Positions 30,001-44,000 of a DNA stretch of 64,000 nt are shown here, piece by piece. The DNA comes from the human T2T-CHM13v2.0 reference genome, Homo sapiens. A program made the translations under genes and the position numbers. The notes under the pieces are model-generated. The model was given only the letters and a program-made list of their open reading frames with translations. It was not told the origin of the DNA and searched no databases. How positions within the stretch are numbered: the stretch's first letter is position 1; every line of letters starts with the position of its first letter. The stretch is from NCBI RefSeq assembly GCF_009914755.1, contig NC_060937.1; one strand, given 5' to 3'.

Positions 30001-32149
30001 GACTGATAACATTTATACAAACTCATAAATAAAGATAAGCAATAAATAATTTTGTAAAAAAGAATATTATATTTGGTAAGTTTTATGGAGAAAAATATCA
30101 TGGGGCTGATCCTCGAGTAGACCAGAGTCATAAACACAGTTTACAGTACCTCCCTACTGAATAATTAAAATACACAGTTAGTACATGGGTGGTGATGAAT
30201 TAAATTATAATTGCTATAATAATTACAGCTGAAAAAATAAAGCATGTACCCTCTGCCTACAGACCATAATAATTTCAACCCGTATTATTTTCTTATTACT
30301 TAACTGTTCCATAATGTTTTCTAATTATTCCTTAATCCAAGTGCTTACTTTGACGTATAACAGCATAAATTTTCACATGCACTTTTACAGTGTATTGTGG
30401 CCTCCTTAATACTTGTTGTCTGAAAGGCCCCTTCCCCTTAGCAGAAATATTGATGTTTAAAAACAGACACAGAATCATCTTTCTTCTATAGTACAAAATT
30501 CGTGCCATAATTTACTTGACAATCTTATAAAAACCTCAATTTCTTATTAATGCATTTTTAGATTAAGTACTATTTTTTCCTACATTCGTCCAACTGATTC
30601 ACCTATTATTAAGCTCCTTAATATCTTAAAAGCTTTATTTATAAGGGGTGCTAAATAGACAGTCTGCAGAAAAAAAAGGATAAATTTAAAATTGAGGAAC
30701 ATAATGTGAAGGAAAAAACAAAATGAAATCATTAGAATCACTGTACTCAGGAGATAACTGGTGAAACATATATTTCAACTTAGCATAGCCTCCTAAAACC
30801 ATAGTGCTTACATTCAGTGATAGGTGTCTGTATGTGCGACACAAGGGAATGGCATTCACAGGAGTGACAACTAGATGAGCTTCTGCAGATTATAGGCTGT
30901 GTCATAGATGTTACAGAAAACATGTAATTTATTCCATTCTTTTCCCACTAAGCAATGCCACCAGATGGCAAGTGTATGTTAAGTGCCTTATTACCAGAAT
31001 AACTCTAAATTTACTTTAATTGATTTGAAAACGAAGCTAATCACTTAGTAACCTAATATGAACATACTTGTATCTATTAGTTATAACTTGTGCCACACCT
31101 CTCAAATTATTGCAACCCACCATCAATAAACAGGTAATTAAAAAGGCAAACAGTAGAACAATAAAATAAAGCAATCAAAAAAGAACAACGACAGGCATTC
31201 AGGACTTCTTTCTTTTAAGCTGCTTTAGTACTGTGAAGGCTTCCATACTTTCATTTACTCAGTTTTCTTTGCATTCCTAAAACAAACTAAATTCCCATTT
31301 GCCAACTTTCTGCTTTATTTTCTAAACTCAGGTTATTTTGATGATGTAAATATTCTGGAATATATAGAGAGTACTCTTTGAGTAACATCTCTCTCTTTTA
31401 TGATATTACTTTTCTTGGTAATACAAAGCAACTTGATTGGGAAAAATGCTATCCTTATTTAGAGGTAGCATGTGTAAACCAACTCTGCTGGAAATTCGTT
31501 TTGTATTACTCTTTTAAAACATAATCAGTAAAAAGACATAGAAAAGGAAACAAACATAAAAAGGCAATTGGACAGTGTGCAATTTGCACTATCTGCAAAA
31601 ATGTATAGTATCTGTGTTCTTACAGGCTTTCTCTATATTTTAAATGTTTAGGGATAAGAAATACTCTATATTAAATACAAATATTTCCACTGATTCTATT
31701 TTCCCATCCTTCTTACTCAATTTTTATAGTGGCAGCTTAGTTTAAGTAATAAAAAAATCATAAGTAGACATTAATAATTGATGTTCAAATGATTTTTCTC
31801 TTTATTGATGTTAACAGCCGCTAGTAAAGAAAACGCAGATTTTTTAAAACATCTGAACTTGATTTTAAAACGCTGTCTACATGAATTCATAAATTAAAGA
31901 AATTAATTCTGAGACCACATAGTATTGGTACCTTGATGTTTAATTTAAAGAAATATTTACTCAAGTAAAATATAGTAAAAAACGTTTATTCATTCTCTAA
32001 AACAGACCTTAAAGATGCTGACTAAAGAATAATATACACTTATGCCAATTCAGAATTCAGTACTTCTTATTTGGAGAAGAAAATACAATGGGAATTTAAT
32101 TCTGTCATTTTTCATACTCTTACTAGCGACTTAAATTAGCGACCTAATT

Positions 32150-32460
32150 TTTAAATTTATTTATTTACTTTTTTTGTGTGACAGGATCTCACTCTGTCCC
32201 CTAGGCTGGACTACAGTGGAATGATCCTAACTCACTGCAGCCTCAATCTCCTGGGGCTCAAGGAATCCTCCCTGCTCAGCCTCCTGAGCAGCTGGGACTA
32301 CAGGCCCCCAACACTGTGCCTGGCTAATTTTTTGTATTTTTGTAGAGAAGGAGTCTTGCCATGTTGGCCAGGCTGGTCTCAAACTCCTGGGCTCAAGTAA
32401 TCCTCCCACCTTGGTCTCCCAAAGTGTTGGGATTATATGTGTGAGCCACCATGCCTGGCC
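32150..32460 (-). mobile_element. Alu SINE (AluJ)
   Basis: Reverse Alu body with ctcctgggctcaag in both arms, ending cctggcc. Confidence 0.93.
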
Positions 32461-34047
32461 TATTTCTGATATTTAAATAAATATTATTTCTAATCTATAA
32501 TATATTAACTTGAGAGCATCCACTTTTCAATAAATGGTAATAGAAAAGAGTAACATCATCTTGCAAATTAAAGATTAAATGTAGAGAGAGATAATATGTG
32601 TTTCTCTCCCTTGTCCAAATTTTAGGTGGTGAAGTTTTTTATTTGAAGATTAAAACTGAGATAAGACTTGATTTTATAGTTTCCATAATATAAAAATTTT
32701 ATTTTTCAAGTATCTACTTTTTCACAAGTAATGAACCTTTTAAGATTATGATCAGAAAGTATTACTAAAGTATTACTAAAATAATTTAATGGCACAGAAA
32801 TACATTAATCCATAGTAAGTTTAAAATAACCACTTTCTCATGTAAGATAACATATATCAATGTGGTGGATTTAATATAAATACACAGAATAATATAATCA
32901 TAATAATGAATTCCAATCCACTATCATTTAGCATGAAAGTGCTTGCCAGGTAGCTCTATTTTCCCCTCAGTATAAATTCATGCATCACAACGTCATGATA
33001 TTTATAGTGCAATTTTGCCTACACTTTGTGCAAAGCAAGGTTTTACATGATATCAATCCATCAAGATTCAATATCATTATGGAATGTCAGCTTAAAGTCC
33101 CTGAACATAATTTTAAAACTATGCACTCCCTCTGAGCAGTAGTACAAAACAGAAAAAAATCTCAAATGGCATGTAAGCTATTGATTGATATTACAGAAAG
33201 AAAACAAGGCTTTCCTTATTGGTATATAAAATATCAATGAATAGAATTGCGGAGCTGAATTGTGTCAAAGTAACAGGTAGCTATACGTTTGCTAAAAGTA
33301 ATACATTTGGGGAAAACATAATACTGTTTTTTAAACGGTCATAAGATTTATCTCACCATTACTGCAACAAGCACCCATGACAAAAATTGTCTTACTCTCC
33401 AGACAGAAGAGAAAGACCAATTCCAGACCACAGGGCTTTCATGTTATAAGCAAAAGGAAATTAAATTTGTTACAAAAGGAAAATATTTTAAATAAAATTA
33501 TGATTAAAATAATGAAAATAAAACACTCTGCTTTTATATAGTAACTATATTTCCCCAAATAATTACATTGAAAAACACTTCTGAAAGCTATTTACCTGGT
33601 TTTAAAGACTGTACAGGTAAAACAATGACAGATCATCACAGGATTGCAGAATCAGGCAAAATGTGTCCAAATCCTTTGCTATTTCTAATGATTTGATGAT
33701 TTCCAGGACTTGGAAATAGGCGTTAGCTGGTAAACTTAAGGGTTTGTGTATAATAATACAAATATTAAATTAAAAAATAAACTAAAAAATTCTATCTATA
33801 TTATTAAGAATAAGCTATAATTACAAAAAAACTTTAACAATATATTTTGGCATAAAACAAATGATCTATTTTGCAGAAGAAACAACAAACTTAAGGGAGA
33901 AATTTTTTTATTCTTACTTTTATTTCATTATTATGTTGTTAAAGATTTTCCTTAGACTTTGTTTTACAGTAATCTAATGAATGATTTTAGTAATCTTCTC
34001 AACTAGCACAAACATGGGCTGGGCATGATGGTTCATGCCTGCAATCC

Positions 34048-35455
34048 TGAGAGGTGACAGCATGCTGGCAGTCCTCAGAGCCCTCGCTTGCTCTTGGCAC
34101 CTCCCCTGCCTGGGCTCCCACTTTGGTGGCATTTGAGAAGCCCTTCAGCCCCCCACTGCACTGTGGGAGCCCCTTTCTGGGCTGGCCAAGGCTGGAGCCC
34201 ACTCCCTCAGCTTGCAGGGAAGTGTGGAGTGAGAGGCACGAGCGGGAACCGGGGCTGCGTGTGGCGCTTGTGGGCCAGCTGGAGTTCCAGGTGGGCGTGG
34301 GCTTGGTGGGCCCCGCACTCGGAGCAGCCAGCCAGCCCTGCTGGCCCCGGGGCAATGGGGGACTTAGCACCCGGGCCAGTGGCTGCGGAGGGTGTACTGA
34401 GTCCCCCAGCAGTGCCGGCCCACCGGCGCTGCGCTCGATTTCTCACTGAGCCTTAGCTGCCTTCCTGCGGGGCAGGGCTCGGGACCTGCAGCCCGCCATG
34501 CCTGAGACTCCCACCCACTCCATGGGCTCCTGTGCGGCCTGAGCCTCCCCAGACGAGCACCACCCCCTACTCCACGGCACCCAGTCCCATAGACCACCCA
34601 AGGGCTGAGGAATGCGAGTGCAGGGCGCAGGACTGGCAGGCAGCTCCACCTGCAGCCCCGGTGCGGGATCCACTAGGTGAAGCCAGCTGGGCTCCTGAGC
34701 CTGGTGGGGACGTGGAGAGTCTTTATATCTAGCTCAGGGATTGTAAATACACCAATCAGCACCCTGTGTTTAGCTCAAGGTTTGTGAATGCACCAATTGA
34801 CACTCTGTATCTAGCTGCTCTGGTGGGGCCTTGGAGAACCTGTGTGTCAAAACTCTGTATCTAACTAATCTGATGGGGACGTGGAGAACCTTTGTATCTA
34901 GCTCAGGGGTTGTAAACGCACCAATCAGTGCCCTGACAAAACAGGCCACTCGGCTCTACCAATCAGCAGGATGTGGGTGGGGCCAGATAAGAGAATAAAA
35001 GCAGGCTGCCCCAGCCAGCATTGGCAACCCGCTCAGGTCCCCTTCCAGACTGTGGAAGTTTGGTTCTTTTGCTCTTTGCAATAAATCTTACTACTGCTCA
35101 CTGTTTGGGTCCACACTGCTTTTATGAGCTGTAACACTCACCGCGAAGATCTGCAGCTTCACTCCTGAGCCCAGCGAGACCACGAGCCCACCGGGAGGAA
35201 CAAACAACTCTAGATGCGCTGCCTTAAGAGCTGTAACACTCACTGGGAAGGTCGGCAGCTTCACTCCTGAGGCAGCTTCACTCCTGAGGCAGCGAGACCA
35301 CGAACCCACCAGAAAGAAGAAACTCCGAACATATCTGAACATCAGAAGGGACAGACTCCAGATGCGCCACCTTAAGAGCTGTAACACTCACCACGAGGGT
35401 CCGCGGCTTCATTTTTGAAGTCAGTGAGACGAAGAACCCACCAATTCCAGACACA
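34048..35455 (+). mobile_element. LTR12C (ERV9) solo LTR
   Basis: Starts tgagaggtgacagcatgctggcagtcctcagagccc, ends ccaattccagacaca; 4-bp TSD atcc; repeated ccaatcag and gctgtaacactcac units. Confidence 0.96.
34745..35030 (+). promoter_or_regulatory. LTR12 U3 promoter module (CCAAT boxes, GATA site, AATAAA TATA-like box)
   Basis: CCAAT near 34751, 34793, 34921 and 34959; AGATAA 34985-34990; AATAAA 34994-34999. Activity cannot be shown from sequence. Confidence 0.6.
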
Positions 35456-38401
35456 ATCCCAGCAATTTTTCAGGCTGAGGCAGGAGAATCACTTGAGCCC
35501 AGGAGCCCAGCAGTTCAAGACCAACCTGGACAACACAGCAAGAACGTTTCTCTTAAACAAACGGAAAAAGACGTGAAGCCAAGTCACTTTGCAGTTAAAT
35601 ACTGTATTATGTGAACCATTATTTTTAAACAAAACTTCACTTTGAAACAACTGAGATTGTTCTGTGGTCGTAGTCTACTCAGAGGCAGATAGGTGGGCTA
35701 CTGACTAATATCGCTTAACGCTCTTTATACAAATAGAATACCCTTCATTGCTTTCCCTGAGAAATAAAAATAAACAATTCAGTTAGACAATGACCGTCAT
35801 TAACATAAGTATATCTGTATCACATGTGGAAATTTATGATGCGACCTTGAAGATGTTGCAGGTTAAATGGTGGATCTAATGACTCAAAAATAAAATGAAA
35901 TGATGTCACACTGCCCTGAATCTGATCCACTGCATTGGGCTCAAATGTTTCTTCACAGTACTTACCTGAGATTTAGATCAATTGACAATTTCTAGGGGAA
36001 ACAGCCATCTGATTGTCTTTGGTTTTTAATGCTTATTTTAGTGTCTATAGTTGCACTTGATTGTTTCCGACAGTGGTGCAGCCAATGTAGCCAAATTCAT
36101 ACAAAAAAGGGGCAGAAGAAACAAGAAGCAGACGATGTGTGAGAAGAAATGGTTTTAGACAGCCTGAATTCAATTCTGAATTCAGAAACTCTGAATATAC
36201 TAAAAATATTGCTGTCTAGATCTGGATATGGCACTCAGAAAGATTGGCAAGCAAGGGATTAGAATGGAAGAGATAATGAGAAGAATTATGGCAATGCTAT
36301 TTTGACTATAAATTCTCATTAATTGACACAGTTACCAGTTACCAACATTCCACTACTGTGTCCTATGTGATATGTTTTAAAGGATGTTTTCCAGTAGTTA
36401 GTTCTGACTCTGGGAAAATCAAATAGACAGTAAAATGTTGCTTCTGTGCTCTCCCTTTCTGCTTCCCGAGTGAGAATATAATTTTGAATGATTTTGAACT
36501 GATCCTCATCCTGCAGGCGAGTCTGCTGGAGTGATTATAAATTCCATTTATGTAATATTCAAACTGCTAGAGGAGTTTTATAGATTATAGCTGTGGATAG
36601 AGTTTACCGTCCAGAGAATGTTACCTTAATTTAGTGACCAAACTGGCCTCTAGTTTATTTCTTGAAGCCTCTACCAGAATAAAATCTTCTTTTTTTTCTT
36701 AAACAAAAGAAATTTTGGGTGTTTTTTTCTTATTGTATTTAAAATATTTGATTCAAAGGTCAGTGTTTTTATAGATATGGTATTACAGTAGAATTATTTA
36801 GCTTGTCATAAAGTGCATTTAAAGCAAATGATTAACAGAAATCATTATACACTTATAGGTCTTTGCTGACGTACCATTAATTGTATGCTGAACTTAATTT
36901 ATTCTTCATGCTATTTTTCAAGACTGTCAATATCAAACCTCAAGTATGTCTTTTTCACTAAGAAAATATTAGAGGTCATTTGTTTTGTGGACTCTGTGTA
37001 TCACTGAGAGATATATTTTACTGCCTTCCAAGTTCTTCCTTAAAGAAAAGGGACTTAAGTACAACTTAGAGATTCTCACAATAACCTGGCACTCTGTCAG
37101 CCTATAAACCAACCATCAACCACCTTGAGGCACAGAAATGGACTTAAACTAAACCCAGTCAGGAGGCACTTATGTTGACATATCTTTGTCCATAGACTGG
37201 AATAACAATTTGGAGAATAAATAAATGGAATATAGGCTTAGTTTCTATACCCCAGTGGGAAGAATTTTAGATAAATTCAGACCTTTCCTTATAAAAAGTT
37301 CTGCTCCGTATGCCTTTTTGGAAACTTTAGTGGTCTTGAGGTGTTTTCCACTGAAGAAGTGAAATGGTGCTGAGAATAGTATTGGTTAGTTGAAATTAAC
37401 CCCTGCGTTTGATCCAACTGAGAATCTGAAAGACATAAGAATTTTAGGTTTTCAATACTTCAGCGTAAAGTATCAGAATCATAGTAACTCTGACTTACTT
37501 TGAATTATTTATCATAAACTCTTACTGATCAGGATTTGATCAGATTAATCCCTTAAGCACTTACAAAGTCCAAAAGCTTTCCTACCTCAATTATACCACT
37601 TAATATTAAGGTGTAGTCAACTAGGACATTAATTTTTTCAAATTGTAATTTTTAAAATTTAGGAGCAATCAGAGCAAAGAGAATATTACCCAGTGGCAAT
37701 ACTAAAGATTTCTATCCTAATTTTTTAAGTCTCTGAGTTACAACAAAAGTGAAAGAGGTTTTACCATCTAATATTAACACAGCTACAAATTAATGTATTG
37801 GTCAAAATGAAATTGACACTAGGCATTTTCTAAATTACGACATTTAACAAATACTGTTTTCAGATTTAAAGTCATCTTTTTCACCTTAAGAATTATAGTT
37901 TTTCTGATAAATCAGTCAATGACTGAGATATTGATATTTTAAATTCCTATTTAAAAGGTAGTTGGATTGTTCTCTGAAACTGGGCCTTACTTTCAAAGGG
38001 GTATTCAAAAATTCTCTCTCTCCCATGATGGTTTTAGGAAGTTCTAAGCCTTATCTATTAAACATTGTTGTCTATTGCACCATAGTTTCTATCTCTGAAT
38101 ATTTTTAAAGCCATACATCTTAGGTTAATGACTTACTCTAGTTCACTTCCTAGGAGACTAGAAAAAGAGTTTTATTTTGTTTGATATATAAGAAGGAAAC
38201 CCAACTTTTTGGAGTCCTTTTTGTAGCTTCAAAGTCTTTCTGCAGATACTATTTTCTTTAGTTTTTGGTATGAGACTTTAAAAATAAATACTTTTTATAC
38301 AAGACATCATTGTGGATATTAAGAAATCAAAGGCATGAATTCTGTTATCAAGAGGGAGTGTACAATGTACACACAAAGAAACCCTAGAAATACAACTTAC
38401 T

Positions 38402-38734
<333 letters not shown>

Positions 38735-38984
38735 TTAGAAAGCACTTTATATTTTTGTAAATGTAAAATGTAAGTGTTTTCTAAACACTTAGGAAACATT
38801 TTACATAATACAACTTCAGAAAGATAAGCATGGCAACTTCAGAATAATTGAAATATTTTGAAGTTCACTTCATTTATTCTGTCACTGGAAGAAGTCAGTT
38901 ACACTGTAAGAAGTGTTGTTACCTAATAAGTTATTATATTATCACCATTATTTAATAGGTGAGATATTCTAAAACTCCCCAGTA

Positions 38985-39565
<581 letters not shown>

Positions 39566-40737
39566 AAATATTTGTAAATTATGTTTTCATCAACTGTATC
39601 TAATGAACACAATTAAAAAACAAACTCCCTAAGCCTATGAACCCCAATGAACCCCAATCCTCCTACAAATGTAAGTCTGCCTTCAAAGTGTTACTGAATC
39701 ATTATGAAAGATTTATTCCCAGTATATATCCCAAAGTAAATTCAATGTCTATTGACTCGTACGTTTCCTCTTGTTGTTACTAATCTTAAGACTCAACACT
39801 GTCGTCTAATATGTGGCTCAAGCTGCAAACCTGACAGATAAATCCTGGGCTTCATTTTTTTCTTCCCTCCAGTCTCATAAAATCAGTCACATTATCATGT
39901 TTCCACTTCTTGGCCACTTCATCTCCATGCTCACTGTCATTTTTTATTCAGCTCTTCATGATTTTTCATCATAATTATGAAACGGTATGTAACATGTCTT
40001 TCTGATTCTGAGCATGCCCTTGTCTAATCTACTTCCAAAAGTGTTTTCTGAGAACAGGCATTTCATTATGTTATTCCCAGAGTTTGATAGTTTTTGAGGC
40101 TTTCAGGAACACATAGCTTTCAGGAAAGAGTTCATTCGACAAGTATTTGTTGGTACTTGCTATATTTTGTAAAATATATTTAGTAAAATAGAAAATCCAT
40201 GCATATACATACCTGTGATAAAGAAGTAAGTAGATGTATCTCATAGTAAAAAGTCAGGAATTCCAAAAATTTAAAGAAAAGAGAAATTACTTTCTGCAAG
40301 AATTATTGTTATGCAGGAAAATCAATCTGGTTTCAGCATTGAAAATATATGAAAAATAAGTTCATTCTGGAGAAAAATGTAGCAAGAATAAAGTTTTTTG
40401 AAAAAGACATTTTGTGTTATTTATAAACAGTTCCTCAACCTTGGTTCACATTTTGAGGTTTTGGGTTCTTAAGTAGGTTTTTATAGTTAATTGCATGGTT
40501 AGGTGGGAGCCATGACAGATTTTGAACATTAAATGGTCATTGTCAGGGCTATGCTTAAAGAAATAATTTATACTTATTAACAGTACCAAGAGTGTTGAGA
40601 ACTCTCAAAGGTCATTTAGAATAGTTATGACATATGACATACTTCATATGTCTCATAGTTATACAACACATGAAAATCTGGTGGTGAGAAACTAAATAGA
40701 GGAAGGGAATACATAGTGTATAAATCTTCTGAAGATG

Positions 40738-41055
40738 GGGCTGGCCCTGGTGGTTCACACCTGTAATCCCAGCACTTTGGGAGGCCGAGGTGGCCAGATC
40801 ACTTGAGGCCAGGAGTTCGAGACCAGCCTGGCCAACATGGTGAAACCAGCCTGGCCAACATGGTGAAACCAGGTCTCCACTAAAAATACAAAAATTAGCT
40901 GGGCATGATGGCATATGCCTGTAATCCCAGCAACTTGAGAGCCTGAGGCATGAGAATTGCTTGAAGCTAGAAGCAGAGGTTGTGGTGATCCAGGATCACG
41001 CCACTGCACTCCAGCCTGGGCAACAGAGTGAAACTATCTCAAAAAAAAAAAAAAA
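40738..41055 (+). mobile_element. Alu SINE (AluSz/Sx-like) with internal 23-bp duplication
   Basis: Alu body with poly-A; TSD ttctgaagatg; accagcctggccaacatggtgaa occurs twice (40822-40867). Confidence 0.95.
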
Positions 41056-44000
41056 TTCTGAAGATGTTTGTGAAAAAGAAGAATAGTGAAGATGTGTACT
41101 TGAGGACTGAGACAGAAGTCAACTTGCATTCATAATAACAGGATGTTATATTTATAAAATAAATATTGTATTAATCATGTTTCTACTACCCACATTGTGG
41201 TGTCACTGCAAAAAAAGTATTACTTTCATCCCTTACTAGAGGAAACAGAAGTTGGGAGAAATTAAGTAATTTTTCCCAGGGTCGTGTAGAAGATAAAGGG
41301 GTAAAATATGAGTTTTAATTAATATATTTCCAATACAAATTTAGTGTTTTATTCATAAAAAGGTATGCAGAGATACATATTAGAAAATGTAGAGTCTAAA
41401 CATAACCAAGGCTCATTGCCTTTCCCAACAAAGCAAATCTTACTATCTAGTATCAATTATGAGACGATGTAATGAAGATTCAAAGTACTATAAGTAAATA
41501 GAAATGACAAGTGGAATCAACTTTAACTGGTTTGACTACACAGGCAGAATACTATATGGAGGAATGGGTTTCCCCTGGCAATTAGAGAACAGTTGATTTA
41601 AGACATAGGAAACAGTAATACAAAGGAAGGTGAGAAAAGGGAAATGTGAAAACATGTCCAGGGAAAGTGAGCATGCCTTATGATGAAAGCATACATATTT
41701 ACAGACTAATGAAATACAGAGAAAAACTAAGCAGTACTTGCTTAGTTTACACTCTTTAGTGGCACGATAGTTACAATTTCATTATATTGTAATTATGAAG
41801 ACTTTCAATATTTTTGTATTAGTGTTTGGCATGATCAGAAATGTGGATCAACATGGTGATTGTGTATAGGCAGTAGAAATTGATTATTGGGGGTATTCTT
41901 GTGAGTGTATTTGAGTGTGAAAGATTTAGGACTTTACTGTATTTATTTCCTAGGAAACAAGGATGGGTTTAAAAACACAGACTATAGAGGTTATACTTAG
42001 AACAGCGAATACACATACATGTTGCCTTAGGTGATAGTTGGAAATTAGAAGATAGCAGGTGAAAATAGAGACTGAGTAAATGACAGATGTTGGGATGGTA
42101 GACATTAGAGGTCTTCAAACTTCTAATTTCCAATAAAACGTTTTCTGAAAACAGTGATCATAAGGAAACACTGTAAGGAAGTATAAATATTTAATTGAAG
42201 GTTACCCAGCTATAATAACCATAGAATACTGCTAATTCTGCTGTTTGAAGTACCACTAATGCTTACTTCTATGCCACCATTCAGCAAATGCTTTTCAAGT
42301 TGGTCTCCTAAGCAGATAGCATGCTACTCCATATCTCCTCCTTCTAAACTACTCTCTTCCATTACAGCAACATTTTTTCTAGGCCATAAAGGCTTACTCC
42401 TAGTTATACTTTTCATCCTTCTCTAGCATTTGCTTCTCTAGACTTAAGAACATTAGTCTTAATTCTGCGCGTCATGTAAATTTCTATATAATTTTTCACA
42501 TATCATTAGTGAAAGTCTAGGTCTTAAAATACCTTTGCCATTGTCCATATTTCCTCCAAGTGTCAAATTAGCATTTTGAGACAAGGACTAAACTTCTGAA
42601 ATCAAAGTATATATTAGGGGTAAAATAAATACATGATTTAAAAAAATATTCTATGAAATATGGAATATTTTTGGAGGAAGTACTGAGAATATTGTAAAAA
42701 TGTCATCAAGCTTGTGATGTATTAGGTTTTGTTTTTTTCAAATTAGGTGGGATTATAAATCTAATATGAAAGTGTGAAATACAAATCTAAAATGTGTACA
42801 AAAGTTGGTGGTGTTTCTTAAAACTTAATTTGCCTTAGGATGGCAGTATTGTTCTTCCTAAGATTTAGGAAAGTTTTAGAAAAGGCTTCATGAGGAAAGC
42901 ATCGGCTTTCTAAACATTTTCTCACTCTCACATCGACACAAAAACCCATGCTTATCAAAGAATTGGGTGGATGTAATATACATACAGATTAAACTAAAAC
43001 TCTATACAAACAGTGATAATGGGTAAAAACACAAGCGGTACAAATCTGATTGACATGTTAGTTAATTAAAAGAAACAAGGAAAAAAGGTTTGGGATCACA
43101 GAGGGGATTACACAGTGACAAGTCTTCCAAATTATTTTGTTTCAGTGAGGAAAAAAAAATCAATAAGTAAAATTAAAAACAAACAAGCAAACAAACAAAA
43201 TCCTCCAGGAAGATATTGCGTGTTAATAAATTGAGTAAAAGCCCCAGCTTATAAAGAAAATATTTCAGGCAGAAGCAAGATTATGATATTAAAAACAGGA
43301 TGTAAAATTGTGCAAAAGGGTAAAGATTCTTGATTATCAGTCACTGGGGAGTACTTTCCACATAAGTTTCATTAACATTCAGCATGGTTGACCTATGTTT
43401 GGTCAAAATCCTTACAAATCTTTACAGCCTGATTAATTTGAAATGGAAAATATAGCAACCTTTATGTTCCTCAGTTTCTGAGTTATTCAACAGAACCTAA
43501 AAGCATTTTCAACATGCAAGTCAAAGTCCTAAACACCATAGGGGCTAAATATGATGATGACCTTACGGTCTCACCATAGGTCACATTCATAAAATAATTA
43601 AAGCAGGTAAAAAAAAAAATGTTAAGAGAGTCATACAAAAAAAGTGTTTTCAGGACTACATGCCAGGTTAATAGAGTTATACATTGTGTATAATGTATTG
43701 CATCAGTATAATTGTTTATTTTATCAAGCAATTGTAATCTTATCTGCAGCCTAAGTCACCAGAATATCTTGTGGTCTGTATTAGCACTTTCGTATTTTAT
43801 TGCCTTATGAATCAAATGTAATTTCCTCAGCTTAATGCTGTTTGTCCTACAAATCTCAGACCTTTCCACTTCACTCACCTGCCTTTTTAATTAAGCATAG
43901 ACAAAAACCAAAATATATAGCTTGCATTTTAACAAAAAATTATAAGCCCCAAATACATTTATCTATCATATTCATTTAAGGACATTTTCTTCTTAAGATT

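Larger units (their letters stand above)
34017..35565 (+). mobile_element. Alu monomer (FLAM/AluJ-like) split by LTR12C; pieces 34017-34047 and 35456-~35565
   Basis: ggctgggcatgatggttcatgcctgcaatcc resumes as atcccagca...ggctgaggcaggag...gttcaagaccaacctgg after the LTR. Confidence 0.88.

Noticed and set aside
33999-35387. Overlapping ORFs and CpG-island-like composition suggesting a gene start
   Set aside because: Fully explained by the LTR12C solo LTR.
35100-35400. Spaced gagctgtaacactcac repeats, superficially CRISPR-like (similar units at 49700-49990)
   Set aside because: These are normal LTR U5 sub-repeats in eukaryotic DNA; spacers are related to each other and there are no cas genes.
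35960-35968. Perfect splice donor CAG/GTAAGT on the minus strand
   Set aside because: A single 9-mer can occur by chance in 64 kb; no supported exon.
41724-41748. Hairpin with 10-bp arms (aaactaagca...tgcttagttt)
   Set aside because: Short and AT-rich, with no context suggesting function.
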